From positions 937 through 64,936 of the forward strand of contig CAZRBL010000006.1 in the NCBI GenBank assembly GCA_964598335.1: a DNA stretch of 64,000 nucleotides. The letters run 5' to 3'. This DNA comes from an uncultured Rhodospirillales bacterium (lineage in GTDB: Bacteria; Pseudomonadota; Alphaproteobacteria; CAZRBL01). The position numbers and the translations under genes were made by a program. The notes under the pieces are model-generated. The model had not been told where the DNA came from and ran no database searches. It saw nothing but the letters and a program-made list of their open reading frames with translations. Of this stretch, positions 21,842 to 33,748 are shown piece after piece. Position 1 is the first letter of the stretch. Each line of letters starts with the position of its first letter.

Positions 21842-23332
21842 ATGATGGAGTTGCTCGGCGGCCTCGGGGGAACAGTGGACATGCTTGTCCGCTATGTCAT
21901 TCCGTTTCTGATCGTCCTGACCATTCTGGTCTTTGTCCATGAGTGGGGGCACTACTGGGTCGCCAGGAAATGCGGCGTGAAAATCGAGGCCTTCTCGATC
22001 GGCTTCGGGCAGGAATTGTTCGGCTGGCGCGACAAGCATGGTACGCGCTGGAAAATAAGCCTGATACCGCTCGGCGGTTACGTAAAAATGTATGGCGACG
22101 CCGATCCGGCCAGTCGGCCCCAGCGTGAGGTGGCCGCAGATGCCGCCGAAGAAGAGGGGGCGAGCGGCCATTTCGCCGACACCCATTATGCCCCCGCCCC
22201 GATGACCCCGGAGCAACGCGCGCAATCCTTCCATCACAAACCCCTCTGGCAGCGCACAGCGATTGTCGCTGCCGGCCCGGCTGCAAATTTCATCTTTGCC
22301 GTCATTGTCCTCGCCCTGGTCTTCATGACCGTCGGGCAGCCCTATACGGTGGCCGAGGTCGGCTTTGTCGAGGAGGGTACAATCGCCGATCAAGCGGGAA
22401 TCGAGCCGGGGGACATCGTTACCGCCGTGGACGGTCGACGAATCAGCCGCTTCGAGCAGGTCGATCAAAGCATCCGATTGAATCAGGGCAGCCCGGTCAC
22501 CTTGCAATTGTCGCGCGATGGCGAGGATTTCGAAGTGACCGTCACTCCTGAGGTCGTCGAGTTCACCAATCGCCTCGGAACCCACGAGATCGGCAGCATC
22601 GGCATCTATCCCATCGACAAACCGGTGGTCGGCTCGGTTCAGCCCGGCAGTGCCGCTGACAATGCCGGGTTTGAGGACGGCGACACCTTTGTTGCCATCG
22701 ACGGACAATCGATACAGCGTTTCCAGCAGATCCAGGAGATCGTCGCCAACAGCCCGGACACGCTTCTGCGCGTCACCGTTCTACGCGACGGCGAGGAGAC
22801 CGTGCTCGAGGTCATTCCGCGCCCGGTCGAAGTCACCAATGACGCCGGGGAAACCATTGAAATCGGCCAGCTCGGCATCACACGGGGCATTGTGACGCTG
22901 AAACGCCATGACCCTGCAACGGCGACCGGTCTGGCTGTCATCGAAACCTATGATCTGACGGTGAGCACGCTGCGCACGGTCGGTCAGATTCTTTCCGGCT
23001 CACGCGATGCCGATCAGATCGGCGGGCCGCTGAGGATTGCGCAGATGTCCGGCGAGACGGCGCAAAGCGGCTGGCTCAGCCTGATTACCTTTATGGTGTT
23101 GCTGTCGATCAATCTGGGGCTGATCAATTTATTCCCGATTCCCATGCTCGACGGCGGGCATTTGCTGTTTTATGCCATAGAGGCCGTTCGGGGCAGGCCG
23201 CTGGGCCCGCGTGCCCAGGAATACGGTTTCCGCTTCGGTTTGGCGCTTGTTCTGAGCCTTGCCGGCTTTGCGTTATGGAACGATTTGGTCCATTTGAATG
23301 TGGTCGACCAAGTTTCGAGTCTCTTTTCCTGA
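21842..23332 (+). CDS. rseP: RIP zinc metalloprotease (site-2 protease) with two PDZ domains
   Basis: HEWGHYWVARKCG HExxH motif, LIPLGGYVKM, LDG motif near the C-terminus. Confidence 0.85.
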   Translation: MMELLGGLGGTVDMLVRYVIPFLIVLTILVFVHEWGHYWVARKCGVKIEAFSIGFGQELFGWRDKHGTRWKISLIPLGGYVKMYGDADPASRPQREVAADAAEEEGASGHFADTHYAPAPMTPEQRAQSFHHKPLWQRTAIVAAGPAANFIFAVIVLALVFMTVGQPYTVAEVGFVEEGTIADQAGIEPGDIVTAVDGRRISRFEQVDQSIRLNQGSPVTLQLSRDGEDFEVTVTPEVVEFTNRLGTHEIGSIGIYPIDKPVVGSVQPGSAADNAGFEDGDTFVAIDGQSIQRFQQIQEIVANSPDTLLRVTVLRDGEETVLEVIPRPVEVTNDAGETIEIGQLGITRGIVTLKRHDPATATGLAVIETYDLTVSTLRTVGQILSGSRDADQIGGPLRIAQMSGETAQSGWLSLITFMVLLSINLGLINLFPIPMLDGGHLLFYAIEAVRGRPLGPRAQEYGFRFGLALVLSLAGFALWNDLVHLNVVDQVSSLFS

Positions 23333-23344
23333 TATCGGCCGCTG

Positions 23345-25636
23345 ATGAACGCCTTGCCCGCGTCGGTTCGCGTGCGGACCGCGCTGATCCTCATATTGCT
23401 CTGCCTCGCGACCGGCCTCGTCGCCGGACCCGTTGCGGCGCAGGCAGATCGCATCCGAAGCATCGAGATCGAGGGCAATCAGCGGATCGAAGCGGAAACG
23501 GTGGCCTCCTATCTGGCAGTCCAGATCGGCGAGGAGGTGACACAGGAGAAGCTCGACACCTCTTTGAAGCGGCTCTTCGCGACCGGCTTTTTTGCCGATG
23601 TGTCGCTGCGCGTCGAAGGCGCTCGGCTCGTTGTCAGCCTGGCCGAAAACCCGATCATCAACCGCATTGCTTTCGAGGGGAACCGCAATGTCGATGATGA
23701 TGAGCTGTTCGATGAAGTCCAGCTCAGGCCGCGCGTCGTTTATACCCGGACAAGAGTGCAATCGGATACCGATCGAATTCTCGAGATCTACAGGCGCAAC
23801 GGACGTTTTTCCGCCCGTGTCGAGCCCAAGATCGTTACCCTGCCGCAAAACCGGGTCGATCTGATCTTTGAAGTCGACGAGGGCCCGCAAACCAAGATCC
23901 GCCGTATCCAATTTATCGGCAATCGGGTGTTCTCCGACGGAGATCTGCTGGAAGAATTGCAAAGTGTCGAAGCACGCTGGTGGCGATTTCTGACCAGTGA
24001 CGATACCTATGATCCGGACCGGGTCGCCTTTGACCGGGAATTGCTGCGCCGCTTCTACCTGTCCCGCGGCTATGCCGATTTTCGCGTCCAGTCCTCGGTC
24101 GCCGAACTAACGCCGGACCGCGAGGATTTCTTCCTGACCTTCGCCATCGAGGAAGGGCTGCGTTACCGCTTCGGGGAGATAGATATCGTCACTGAATTCG
24201 AGGATCTCGACCCTGAAGTCCTGAGACCGTTCCTGGCGATCCAATCCGGCGACATCTACAATGCGCTGCTGATCGAAGACACGATCACGGCGCTGACGGA
24301 TGTGATGGGCACGCTGCAATACGCTTTTGTCGACATCCGTCCGTTGATTTCGCGCGATCGCGAGAATCGCACCATCACCATCACCTTTCAGGTCAATGAG
24401 GGGCCGCGCGTCTTCGTCGAGGAAATCCGCATTTCCGGCAATACGCGCACCGTGGACGATGTAATCCGCCGGGAAATGCAGCTGGCCGAAGGCGATGCCT
24501 TCAACACGGCTTTGGTCAATCGGTCGGAACAGCGGATAAACGACCTCGGGTTTTTCGAGGAAGTTACTGTCGAGACGCTGCAGGGATCGGACGCTGATCA
24601 GTCGATCATCGATATAAGCGTCACCGAGCAATCCACAGGCGAACTTTCCATCGCGGCGGGCTTCTCCAGCACTGACGGCCTCCTCGCGGATTTGCGCATC
24701 CGTGAGAGAAACCTGCTCGGGCTCGGCAAGGATCTGTCTTTCGCCACGACCTTGTCCTCGCGCAGCCAGGAAATCGACCTCAGCTATACCGAGCCGTATT
24801 TTCTCGACCGCAATCTTGCCGCGGGTATCGACCTGTTCTTCATCACCCGCGATTTTCAGGATGAAAGCTCATTCGATCAGCAATTGGCCGGCTTCAGCCT
24901 CCGGACCGGATATCCGATTGCCCGCTTCCTGACCCAGCGACTCAGCTATCGTTTGGAGAGCACGGAGATCGAAAATGTCTCTTTCAACGCCTCGCGCTTT
25001 ATCAGGGCTCAGGAGGGCCGAACCCTCACCTCCCTGATCGGGCAAACCCTGTCATACGACCGGCGGAACAGCCGACTTAACCCATCTGACGGCTATCTGA
25101 TCTCAATATCCAATCAGTTTGCCGGGATCGGCGGAGATGTCCGCTTTTTCCGCAACGTCATCTCAGGCGGCGTTTTCTTCGGACCGACTGAAACATCGAC
25201 CCTCGCCTTGACCGGGGAGGTCGGCAATATCTTCGGCCTCGATGAGGAAGTCCGCATCAATGACCGTTTCTTCCTCGGCGGCGATTCATTCCGCGGCTTT
25301 GAGATCGGCGGCCTGGGGCCACGTGATTTGGAGACGGATGATTCCCTGGGCGGCACCAGTTTTGCCAAGGTTTCGGCTGAACTGACCTATCCGCTCGGCT
25401 TGCCTAGCGAGTTTGGTATCAAGGCGCATACCTTCGTCGATGCGGGCACTGTTTTCGGCGCCGAGGATGAGGGTGAATTCGTTGTCGATAACCGGTCGAT
25501 CCGAATGTCGGGCGGGGTCGGCGTTTCATGGCGATCGCCCTTCGGGCCGATCCGCGTTGACATTGCCAAGCCGTTCATCAAGGAAAGCTTCGACCGCGAA
25601 GAGATTTTCCGTTTCAGCTTTGGAACCCAATTCTAA
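23345..25636 (+). CDS. bamA: Outer membrane protein assembly factor BamA
   Basis: 763 aa, signal peptide, POTRA repeats (IEIEGNQRIEAETV), C-terminal beta-barrel ending ...FRFSFGTQF. Confidence 0.9.
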   Translation: MNALPASVRVRTALILILLCLATGLVAGPVAAQADRIRSIEIEGNQRIEAETVASYLAVQIGEEVTQEKLDTSLKRLFATGFFADVSLRVEGARLVVSLAENPIINRIAFEGNRNVDDDELFDEVQLRPRVVYTRTRVQSDTDRILEIYRRNGRFSARVEPKIVTLPQNRVDLIFEVDEGPQTKIRRIQFIGNRVFSDGDLLEELQSVEARWWRFLTSDDTYDPDRVAFDRELLRRFYLSRGYADFRVQSSVAELTPDREDFFLTFAIEEGLRYRFGEIDIVTEFEDLDPEVLRPFLAIQSGDIYNALLIEDTITALTDVMGTLQYAFVDIRPLISRDRENRTITITFQVNEGPRVFVEEIRISGNTRTVDDVIRREMQLAEGDAFNTALVNRSEQRINDLGFFEEVTVETLQGSDADQSIIDISVTEQSTGELSIAAGFSSTDGLLADLRIRERNLLGLGKDLSFATTLSSRSQEIDLSYTEPYFLDRNLAAGIDLFFITRDFQDESSFDQQLAGFSLRTGYPIARFLTQRLSYRLESTEIENVSFNASRFIRAQEGRTLTSLIGQTLSYDRRNSRLNPSDGYLISISNQFAGIGGDVRFFRNVISGGVFFGPTETSTLALTGEVGNIFGLDEEVRINDRFFLGGDSFRGFEIGGLGPRDLETDDSLGGTSFAKVSAELTYPLGLPSEFGIKAHTFVDAGTVFGAEDEGEFVVDNRSIRMSGGVGVSWRSPFGPIRVDIAKPFIKESFDREEIFRFSFGTQF

Positions 25637-25690
25637 CATATTAGCGGCCGTTTCGGTCGATAAATCGAACCACGAAATTTCGGGAAGAGA

Positions 25691-26293
25691 ATGATGCCAC
25701 GTTTTATATCCGCCGCCGGCCTGTTGAGCCTGGCGCTGACAGCGATAGCCCTGACCAGCACGCCTGTCCTTGCGCAGGGCTTCTCCCCGACGACCATCGC
25801 CTTTTTGGACCGCGCCCGATTGCTGGCGGAATCCGACGCCGGTCGCAGCGTTGAAAACCAGCTCAATACTCAACGTAATGAGCTGAATGCTGAAATGCGC
25901 GCCAAGCAGGAGACCCTGCGCTCAACACAGGAAGAGCTGCAGCGCATCCAGGAATCACAATTGCTGGCCGAAGAGGTATTCCGCGAGCGCGTCCGCGCCT
26001 TTGAGCAAGAGGCGGCTCTGACCCAGCGCGAGGTGCAATTGCGGGCGCGCGCGCTTGAACAGGGACTTCAGCAGGCATTGAATTCGATCTTTGCGCAGGC
26101 AATTCAGATTGCCGCCGAGATTGCCGAGGCGGAGGGCATCCAGGTGGTTCTCGATGCGCGGCAGGTCTTGTTCGCGGACCAAACCCTGAACCTGACGGAC
26201 CGGGTATTGGCGCAGCTGAATCAGCGTATGCCGACAATGACGCTGACCATTCCGGAAATCCCGCCTGAGGCGCTGAACCCTCCTCAGCAATAA
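25691..26293 (+). CDS. OmpH/Skp-family periplasmic chaperone
   Basis: Signal peptide plus coiled-coil rich 200-aa protein between bamA and lpxD. Confidence 0.75.
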   Translation: MMPRFISAAGLLSLALTAIALTSTPVLAQGFSPTTIAFLDRARLLAESDAGRSVENQLNTQRNELNAEMRAKQETLRSTQEELQRIQESQLLAEEVFRERVRAFEQEAALTQREVQLRARALEQGLQQALNSIFAQAIQIAAEIAEAEGIQVVLDARQVLFADQTLNLTDRVLAQLNQRMPTMTLTIPEIPPEALNPPQQ

Positions 26294-26298
26294 CGCTC

Positions 26299-27318
26299 TT
26301 GGTTGATCGGCGCTTCTTCGTTCCTCCGAAGCCGCATTCCGTTTCGCAAATTGCGGCGCTGATCGGCGGCGCTGTCGGTAACCCGGCGCTGGCGGATCGG
26401 CTGATCAGCGACGTCGCGCCCCTCGACAGTGCGGGCGGCGATTGCCTCAGCTTTCTCGATAATCGCCGATATCGTGCGGCGGCGCGGACAACCGGAGCCG
26501 CTGCATGTATCGTCAGAGAGAGTGATGCGTCCCTGCTGCCCGACTCCTGCGCCGCAATCATCTGTGAACAGCCTTACCAAGGTTATGCGCTAGCCGCCCG
26601 CGCTTTGTATCCGCCACGTCGGCCGGACGCGGTGATCCATGCGAGCGCGGTGATCGATGAAACGGCACGCATCGGCAATGGCTGTGCCATCGGTCCCGGC
26701 TGCGTCATCGGCGCCGATGTCGAAATCGGCGAAGGCACTGTGTTGGCGGCTCAGGTCCATGTCGCGGACGGGGTGGTGATCGGCGCCGGCTGTCGAATCG
26801 ATTCACAGGTCTCGATCTCTCATGCGATCCTCGGTGACGGTGTCAGGCTCTATCCGGGTGTGCGTATCGGACAGGACGGTTTCGGTTTTGCGATGTCCGC
26901 CAAGGGGCATCTGCCGATCCCGCAACTTGGCCGAGTCTTGATCGGCAAGGATGTGCACATTGGTGCCAACAGCACCATCGATCGCGGTGCCGGCCCCGAT
27001 ACCGTCATTGAAGACGGCGTCATGATTGATAACCTGGTGCAAATCGGGCACAACGTCCGCATCGGCAAAGGCTGTGTCATCGTTGCTCAGGCCGGGGTCT
27101 CGGGCAGCACGGTTTTGGAAAATCATGTTGTGCTGGCCGCGCAAGGCGGTATCGCGGGACATCTCACCATCGGTGCCGGCGCGCGGATTGCAGCCAAATC
27201 GGGCATTATGCGTGATGTTGCACCGGGCAGTGATATGATGGGCTATCCGGCTGTGCCGAAGACGCAATTCTTTCGCCAGATCGCCAGGCTGGCACAGTTG
27301 GTAAAGGGAAAGGACTGA
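26299..27318 (+). CDS. lpxD: UDP-3-O-acylglucosamine N-acyltransferase
   Basis: Left-handed beta-helix hexapeptide repeats; TTG start right after the skp stop. Confidence 0.85.
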   Translation: MVDRRFFVPPKPHSVSQIAALIGGAVGNPALADRLISDVAPLDSAGGDCLSFLDNRRYRAAARTTGAAACIVRESDASLLPDSCAAIICEQPYQGYALAARALYPPRRPDAVIHASAVIDETARIGNGCAIGPGCVIGADVEIGEGTVLAAQVHVADGVVIGAGCRIDSQVSISHAILGDGVRLYPGVRIGQDGFGFAMSAKGHLPIPQLGRVLIGKDVHIGANSTIDRGAGPDTVIEDGVMIDNLVQIGHNVRIGKGCVIVAQAGVSGSTVLENHVVLAAQGGIAGHLTIGAGARIAAKSGIMRDVAPGSDMMGYPAVPKTQFFRQIARLAQLVKGKD

Positions 27319-27320
27319 GT

Positions 27321-27791
27321 ATGGACACCATGTCTCCGGGTGTCATCGATGTAGCGTCGATCGATATCGAACGTATCATGGAGATGATTCCGCATCGCTA
27401 TCCTGTGCTGATGGTCGACCGCATGGTCGAAATGGTGCCGGATCAGCGCGCTGTCGGGATCAAGAACGTCACCATCAACGAACCGCATTTCCTCGGCCAT
27501 TTTCCCGGCAAACCGGTCATGCCCGGCGTTCTGATTATAGAGGCGATGGCGCAGACCGCAGGGATCCTCGTTGTCCATACCCTCGGTGCGGAAGCCGAGG
27601 GCAAGCTGGTCTATTTCATGTCGATTGATGATGCGCGCTTTCGTAAACCGATCGTCCCCGGCGATCAGGTCCATATTCATGTCGAAAAACAACGGCGACG
27701 CGGCAATGTCTGGAAATTCTCCGGCGAAGCCAGGGTGGAGGGCGCGCTTTGCGCCGAGGCTGTCGTCAGTGCCATGATCGTGACAAGCTGA
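27321..27791 (+). CDS. fabZ: 3-hydroxyacyl-ACP dehydratase
   Basis: [13 protein letters not shown]...[26 protein letters not shown] hotdog motifs. Confidence 0.92.
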   Translation: MDTMSPGVIDVASIDIERIMEMIPHRYPVLMVDRMVEMVPDQRAVGIKNVTINEPHFLGHFPGKPVMPGVLIIEAMAQTAGILVVHTLGAEAEGKLVYFMSIDDARFRKPIVPGDQVHIHVEKQRRRGNVWKFSGEARVEGALCAEAVVSAMIVTS

Positions 27792-27810
27792 CCGCCCCTA
27801 TTTTCCCGCC

Positions 27811-28599
27811 ATGCCCGCCGCAATCCACGCGACTGCCATTGTCGAGCGCGGTGCCGAGCTGGGCACGGATGTCGATATCGGCCCCTTTTGCGTGGTCGGC
27901 GGCGACGCGGTGATCAGCGACGGCGTCAAGCTGGTTTCCCATATCTCGATTGCCGGGCTGACCCATATCGGTCCGGGCACCACCGTTTATCCCTTCGCCT
28001 CGCTCGGCCATCCGCCCCAGGATTTGAAATATCGCGGCGAAGCCTCCCGGCTGGAGATCGGCGGCGGTTGCACGATCCGCGAGCATGTGACGATGAATCC
28101 GGGAACCGAAGGCGGCGGCATGCTGACGCGCATCGGCGATAACGGCCTGTTTATGGTCGGCGCCCATGTCGCGCATGACTGCCGCATCGGCGATCACGTG
28201 ATCATGGCGAATAACGCCACCTTGGGCGGCCATGTGACGGTCGGCGATTATGCGATCATCGGCGGCCTCGCAGCTGTGCACCAATTTGTTCGCATCGGCG
28301 AGCACGCCATGATCGGCGGGATGTCGGGCGTTGAGCACGACGTCATTCCCTATGGTCTGGTTAAGGGCGACAGGGCCCGCCTGGCAGGGCTGAACACCAT
28401 CGGTCTCAAGCGCCGCGGACATGATCGTCGCACCATCGGCAGGTTGCAGCAGGTTTATGCCGCGCTGTTCGGCCCGCAGGGGACTTTTGCCGAACGGTTG
28501 GCCGAGGCGCGCAGCATGGCAAATGGCGACAGCCTCGCGGACCGGCTACTCAAATTTGCCGAAGCCGACGCATCGCGGCCCTTATGTCAGCCGAAATAA
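27811..28599 (+). CDS. lpxA: Acyl-ACP--UDP-N-acetylglucosamine O-acyltransferase
   Basis: Hexapeptide-repeat protein of 262 aa following fabZ. Confidence 0.9.
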   Translation: MPAAIHATAIVERGAELGTDVDIGPFCVVGGDAVISDGVKLVSHISIAGLTHIGPGTTVYPFASLGHPPQDLKYRGEASRLEIGGGCTIREHVTMNPGTEGGGMLTRIGDNGLFMVGAHVAHDCRIGDHVIMANNATLGGHVTVGDYAIIGGLAAVHQFVRIGEHAMIGGMSGVEHDVIPYGLVKGDRARLAGLNTIGLKRRGHDRRTIGRLQQVYAALFGPQGTFAERLAEARSMANGDSLADRLLKFAEADASRPLCQPK

Positions 28600-29444
28600 C
28601 GCCCGACGGCGCCGACGCGGCAAGCAGCGCCGAGGTCGGCCCGCTCGGCATTATCGCCGGGGCAGGGGCGCTGCCGCGCCGCATTATTGAGGCGCAAAAG
28701 GCGGCGGGGCGGAAAGTCTTCGTCATCGGATTTGAGGGGCAGACGGATCCTCGAACGCTGGTCGATGTGCCGTCTCTGTCGTTACCGCTGGGCGCAGCCG
28801 GCAGGCTGATTGACGGCTTCCGCAATGCAGGCGTTGAAGCGCTTGTGATGGCGGGTAGGGTTTCGCGTCCGCGGCTCAGCGAGCTAAAGCCGGACCTCAA
28901 GGGGGCGCAGATCCTTACCGGTCTTGTCGGCAAATCGCTCGGCGATGACGGCTTGCTGCGTCATCTCGCCGACATTCTGGAAAAGGAAGGGTTCCGGGTT
29001 CTCGGCGTGCCCGACGTTCTTCACGGTGCGCTGGCGCCGAATGGCCACATCGCCGGCCCGGTTTTGCCGCGAGCATTGGAAGAAAACCTCGAATTCGGCC
29101 TCGCCATGGCCCGCGAAATCGGCCGTCTCGATATCGGACAAGCCGTGGTTCTTGGCGCGGGCCGTATCATCGGCGTCGAAGCCGCGGAGGGAACCGATGA
29201 GCTGTGCCGCCGTATGGTTTCGCTGGTGACGGATGCCGGCCCCGCGGCTTTGTTCAAGGCGGCGAAGCCTCAGCAGGATCGACGCCTCGATCTGCCCGCT
29301 ATCGGTCCCGGCACCGTCTCCGCTGCGGCGGAAGGCGGGCTCAGCGCCATCATTGTCGAAGCGGATGCCGTTCTCATGATCGAACACGAAGAGTTGGTGG
29401 CCGAAGCACAGAGGCAATCGATTACGGTATACGGCGCTTCGTGA
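28584..29444 (+). CDS. lpxI: UDP-2,3-diacylglucosamine hydrolase LpxI (DUF1009 family)
   Basis: PLGIIAGAGALPRRII N-terminus between lpxA and lpxB, the characteristic alphaproteobacterial LpxH replacement. Confidence 0.75.
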   Translation: MSAEITPDGADAASSAEVGPLGIIAGAGALPRRIIEAQKAAGRKVFVIGFEGQTDPRTLVDVPSLSLPLGAAGRLIDGFRNAGVEALVMAGRVSRPRLSELKPDLKGAQILTGLVGKSLGDDGLLRHLADILEKEGFRVLGVPDVLHGALAPNGHIAGPVLPRALEENLEFGLAMAREIGRLDIGQAVVLGAGRIIGVEAAEGTDELCRRMVSLVTDAGPAALFKAAKPQQDRRLDLPAIGPGTVSAAAEGGLSAIIVEADAVLMIEHEELVAEAQRQSITVYGAS

Positions 29445-30631
29445 TGCGGCTGTTTCTCGTCGCCGGCGAGCCTTCGGGCGATCTGCTCGGCGGCCGGCTT
29501 ATGCAGGCCTTGCGGAGCGCCGTTCCCGATATCGACTTCGTCGGCCTCGGCGGAGAGGCGATGCGCAGGCAAGGACTGAAGACGCTGTTTCCCATGGAAG
29601 AGCTGGCCGTCATGGGGCTGGCCGAGGTCGTCCCGCGCCTGCCGCGTCTCATGCGGCGTCTATCCGAGACGGTCGATGCGGTTGAGCGAAGCGAACCGGC
29701 GGCGCTGATCACCATAGACGCCCCGGATTTCAATTTCAGGCTGGGTCAGAGGCTTAAACGACGCGGCTTTCCGGGTCCGCATATCCATTATGTTGCGCCG
29801 ACGGTCTGGGCGTGGCGACCCGGTCGGGCCAAAAAGGTTGCCGGCTTCCTCGATCATCTTCTGGCCCTGCTGCCCTTTGAGCCGCCCTACTTCGAGGCGG
29901 AAGGGCTTGCCTGCAGCTTCGTCGGACATCCTGCCCTTGAAGCAACGCAGAAAACGATCAGCCGGGGCGAAGCGCGGAAAGCGCTCGGTTTGGACGGGGA
30001 CAGCAAGATCATGCTGTTGCTTCCGGGCAGTCGACAAGGTGAACTCAACCGCCTGTTGCCGGCCTTTGTTGCAACCTTGGAGCGGCTGCAACAGGATCAG
30101 CCGGCAACCATTCTCGTGCCGAGTTTCGCGCGTTTCGTGCCGCAATTGGAGGCGGCGACGCGCACTCTGTCGACTGTTCGGATTGTGGTGGCGCCTGAGG
30201 ACAAGCAATCGGCGCTGGCTGCCGGTGATCTGGCCCTCGCCGCGTCAGGCACTGTCGGGCTCGAACTCGCGCTGCACGGCGTGCCGCATGTCGTTGCCTA
30301 TCGCCTCGCTCCCGTGACCGCTTTGTTGGCGCGACGGCTGGTTCGCACGCGTTATGTGCATCTGGCCAACATTCTTACCAACAAGCCGGCCGTCCCTGAA
30401 TTTCTGCAGGATCAGGTCGATCCAGAACGCATGGCGGCTGCGCTGCGCAGGCTGATGCGGCCGAGCGCTGCCGCCGAGCAGGAAAGATGTTTTACAGAAG
30501 TCAGGGCGATGCTTCAGCCGCCAAATGGTGAACCGCCGTCGGCGGCGGCCGCGAAAACGATCCTGAGAGCGATTTCAGCCCGCAAGCAGGCCCCAGATGA
30601 CCAGTCCGGCGAGCGCGAAAACCACCGATAG
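29444..30631 (+). CDS. lpxB: Lipid-A-disaccharide synthase
   Basis: MRLFLVAGEPSGDLLGGRLMQAL N-terminus; TGATG overlap with lpxI; track start 29204 is an extension. Confidence 0.85.
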   Translation: MRLFLVAGEPSGDLLGGRLMQALRSAVPDIDFVGLGGEAMRRQGLKTLFPMEELAVMGLAEVVPRLPRLMRRLSETVDAVERSEPAALITIDAPDFNFRLGQRLKRRGFPGPHIHYVAPTVWAWRPGRAKKVAGFLDHLLALLPFEPPYFEAEGLACSFVGHPALEATQKTISRGEARKALGLDGDSKIMLLLPGSRQGELNRLLPAFVATLERLQQDQPATILVPSFARFVPQLEAATRTLSTVRIVVAPEDKQSALAAGDLALAASGTVGLELALHGVPHVVAYRLAPVTALLARRLVRTRYVHLANILTNKPAVPEFLQDQVDPERMAAALRRLMRPSAAAEQERCFTEVRAMLQPPNGEPPSAAAAKTILRAISARKQAPDDQSGERENHR

Positions 30632-30835
30632 CGTCAGGGCGAGGGCGAGCGGACCGTGCTGATTATCATTTGAAGGCGGCGGCACGACCCCCATCAGGCG
30701 GCGAAAGGTAGCGGCGCCGGAACAGACAGACACGGGCAACTGGGCCTGCGCGCGTTGCTGACGGCCTGAGACAACGAATTGGTTTTCCTGCCGGTTCTCC
30801 AAGGTATCTGCGCCCTGATCGCGTTTCCTTCGGCT

Positions 30836-32152
30836 TTACCGCTCGGATAATGGCACGAAAGCGCGTTCTGCGGAACCGGTATAAAGCTGACGCGGGCGCC
30901 CGATCCGCATGCCCGGATCTTCAATCATCTCGCGCCACTGCGCGATCCAGCCGACAGTACGCGCAACCGCAAACAAGACGGTGAACATGCTCGTCGGGAA
31001 CTTCATAGCTTTCAGAATAATGCCTGAGTAGAAGTCGACGTTCGGGAACAGCTTTTTCTCCCGGAAATAGTCATCTTCGAGGGCGATACGCTCCAGTTCC
31101 ATGGCAAGATCGAGCAAAGGCTCGTCCTTGATCCCCAATTCGTTCAGCACCTCATGGCAACTTTGCCGCATGACCTTGGCGCGCGGGTCGTAATTCTTGT
31201 AGACCCGGTGACCGAAGCCCATCAGACGGAAAGGATCGGATTTGTCCTTGGCCTTTTCGATGAATTCCGGGATGCGGTCCTTATGGCCGATCTGCTCAAG
31301 CATGGTCAGCACCGCCTCGTTCGCGCCGCCATGCGCGGGACCCCAGAGAGAAGCAATGCCGGCGGCAATACAGGCGAAGGGGTTGGCGCCGGACGAGCCG
31401 GCAAGCCTGACCGTGGAGGTCGAGGCGTTCTGTTCATGATCGGCATGCAGAATGAAGATGCGGTCCATGGCGCGCGCCTGGGTCTCACTGACTTCAAAGC
31501 CTTCGCAGGGAACCGCGAAACACATATGAAGGAAGTTTTCCGCATAGCTGAGATCGTTGCGCGGATACATGAATGGCTGGCCGAGCGCATATTTGAATGC
31601 CATCGCCGCAATTGTCGGCATCTTGGCGATCAGCCGATAGGCCGAAATCTTGCGCTGCTCGGGATCATAAATGTCGGTGCTGTCATGATAGAAGGCCGAT
31701 AATGCGCCGACAACGCCGCACATGATCGCCATCGGGTGCGCATCGCGCCGGAAACCGCGGAAAAAATTGATCAACTGCTCATGCACCATCGTGTGATAGG
31801 TGATGTCGTGATCAAACTGCTTCTTCTGCTCGGCATCAGGTAACTCGCCATGCAGCAGCAGATGACAAACCTCCAGAAATTCACAATTTTCGGCCAGGTC
31901 TTCGATGCGATAGCCGCGATGCAGCAATATGCCCTTATCGCCGTCGATGAAGGTGATCGCGGATTCACAGCTGCCGGTCGACGTAAAGCCGGGATCAAAG
32001 GTGAAGGCGCCGGTCTTCGCATAAAGCTTGCGAACATCGATAACATCGGGACCCAAAGTGCCGCCGATGACCGGCAACTCGTAAGTATCGCCATTGCGGT
32101 TATCGGTTAGCGTAAAGGTGCCGGATGACGCCGTTTGGCTGCCATTTTTCAT
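30836..32152 (-). CDS. gltA: Citrate synthase (type II)
   Basis: 438 aa; GFGHRVYK and catalytic His/Asp motifs. Confidence 0.93.
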   Translation of the reverse strand: MKNGSQTASSGTFTLTDNRNGDTYELPVIGGTLGPDVIDVRKLYAKTGAFTFDPGFTSTGSCESAITFIDGDKGILLHRGYRIEDLAENCEFLEVCHLLLHGELPDAEQKKQFDHDITYHTMVHEQLINFFRGFRRDAHPMAIMCGVVGALSAFYHDSTDIYDPEQRKISAYRLIAKMPTIAAMAFKYALGQPFMYPRNDLSYAENFLHMCFAVPCEGFEVSETQARAMDRIFILHADHEQNASTSTVRLAGSSGANPFACIAAGIASLWGPAHGGANEAVLTMLEQIGHKDRIPEFIEKAKDKSDPFRLMGFGHRVYKNYDPRAKVMRQSCHEVLNELGIKDEPLLDLAMELERIALEDDYFREKKLFPNVDFYSGIILKAMKFPTSMFTVLFAVARTVGWIAQWREMIEDPGMRIGRPRQLYTGSAERAFVPLSER

Positions 32153-32272
32153 TGTATCGATCCTTGTTTAACTGCCTCAGACAGCTGCCGCCGCAATCAG
32201 GCGGCAGAGACGCACCCTGTCTTCAGAGCGCCGACCATATGAGCCGTGATCGGTGAGATCAATAATGTGGCA

Positions 32273-33685
32273 TCAGGACGGACGAATTGCGACGGCCCGC
32301 TCGATCCGATCGCGGCAAATTGCGGGTCCGAGCATCGCAGCGGCCTCGAAAATCGGCGGCGAGGTGGTGGTGCCGGTCAGCGCCGCACGCAAGGGCTGCA
32401 GCACCTTGCCAAGCTTGAGTTCCTGCTGCTCGACATAGGCGCGGACAGCCCCTTCCAGCGTCTCCGCATCAAAGGGGTCGCATTGCTCAAGCAGCGGCAG
32501 GATCCTGATCAGTTGTTCACGTCCGTCCTGATCAAGCAAAGCCAGCGCTTTTTCATCATAATCAGGCACGAAATCACTGAGCAGGAATTTTGTATTTTCA
32601 ACGACTTCCGGGATCAGTTTCGCGCGCTGGGTCAAATGCGGCATGAGATAGGTGATGCGCTGTTCCTCGATCGCGTCCAATCTGCGTCCTGCCTGTTCCG
32701 TCAAAGCGGGGCGCAGGCGTTCGAGCAATAAATCAGCCGGCATGGTGCGGAGATAATGCGCGTTCAGTGCACCAAGTTTTTGGAAATCGAATTTCGCGGC
32801 AGCTTTTCCGATCCCGCCGAGCGAGAACCAGGCTATCGCCTGCTCGGTATCGATAATCTCGTCATCGCCATGTGACCAGCCGAGGCGCAGCAGGTAATTG
32901 CGCATCGCCTCCGGCAGATAGCCCATCCTGCCGTAATCGGCGACCGCAGTCGCGCCGTGGCGTTTGCCCAGCTTGCGGCCGTCCATGCCGTGGATCAGCG
33001 GCACATGGGCAAAGACCGGAAGTGGCCAGCCGAGGGCGTGATAAAGCTGGGCCTGTCGGAAACTGTTGGTGAAGTGATCGTCGCCGCGGATGACATGGGT
33101 GATCCCCATGTCATGGTCATCCACGACGACCGCGAGCATATAGGTGGGCGTCCCGTCAGAGCGCAGCAGAACCATGTCGTCCAATTGCGTGTTTTGTACG
33201 CGGACCTGGCCCTGAACGGCGTCATTGATAACGGTTTCTCCGTCCAAAGGGGCCTTCAGCCTGATGACGGGCGCGATTCCGGGCGGCGCGCTTTCCGGGT
33301 CCCGATCGCGCCAACGTCCGTCATAGCGCGGCTGCCGGCCTTCGGCCCGGGCCTTGGCGCGCATCTCCTCTAACTCCTCGACGCTGGCGTAACAGAGATA
33401 GGCGCGTCCGCTATCGAGCAATTGCGTTGCGACCTCGGCGTGGCGGGAGCGCCGGGCAAACTGCGAGATCGCGTCGCCGTCCCAGTCAAGGCCAAGCCAT
33501 CGCATGCCGTCATAAATCGCCTTGATCGATTCCTCGGTCGACCGGGCGCGGTCGGTATCCTCTACGCGCAACAGGAAACGTCCGCCGTGATGTCGGGCGA
33601 ACAGCCAGTTAAACAGAGCGGTCCGCGCCGAACCGATATGCAGATAGCCGGTCGGGGAGGGGGCAAAGCGGGTGATGACGGTCAT
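32273..33685 (-). CDS. gltX: Glutamate--tRNA ligase
   Basis: [26 protein letters not shown] motif, KLGKR KMSKS-like motif. Confidence 0.92.
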   Translation of the reverse strand: MTVITRFAPSPTGYLHIGSARTALFNWLFARHHGGRFLLRVEDTDRARSTEESIKAIYDGMRWLGLDWDGDAISQFARRSRHAEVATQLLDSGRAYLCYASVEELEEMRAKARAEGRQPRYDGRWRDRDPESAPPGIAPVIRLKAPLDGETVINDAVQGQVRVQNTQLDDMVLLRSDGTPTYMLAVVVDDHDMGITHVIRGDDHFTNSFRQAQLYHALGWPLPVFAHVPLIHGMDGRKLGKRHGATAVADYGRMGYLPEAMRNYLLRLGWSHGDDEIIDTEQAIAWFSLGGIGKAAAKFDFQKLGALNAHYLRTMPADLLLERLRPALTEQAGRRLDAIEEQRITYLMPHLTQRAKLIPEVVENTKFLLSDFVPDYDEKALALLDQDGREQLIRILPLLEQCDPFDAETLEGAVRAYVEQQELKLGKVLQPLRAALTGTTTSPPIFEAAAMLGPAICRDRIERAVAIRPS

Positions 33686-33748
33686 GATGGAAAACTCGAT
33701 AAAAACGAGGCCGATAGGCGGCGCTGCGGCGCTGTGCTAGCATAGCTC

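Noticed and set aside
30575-30802. 75-aa minus-strand ORF with a hydrophobic C-terminus between lpxB and gltA
   Set aside because: It overlaps the lpxB 3' end by 57 nt, has no RBS or homology signal, and its hydrophobic stretch is the reverse translation of the lpxB tail; likely chance.
32184-32206. 8-bp inverted repeat CTGCCGCC-N7-GGCGGCAG between gltX stop and gltA start
   Set aside because: No U-tract on the minus strand where it would terminate gltX; possibly a regulator site in the gltA promoter but there is no supporting evidence.
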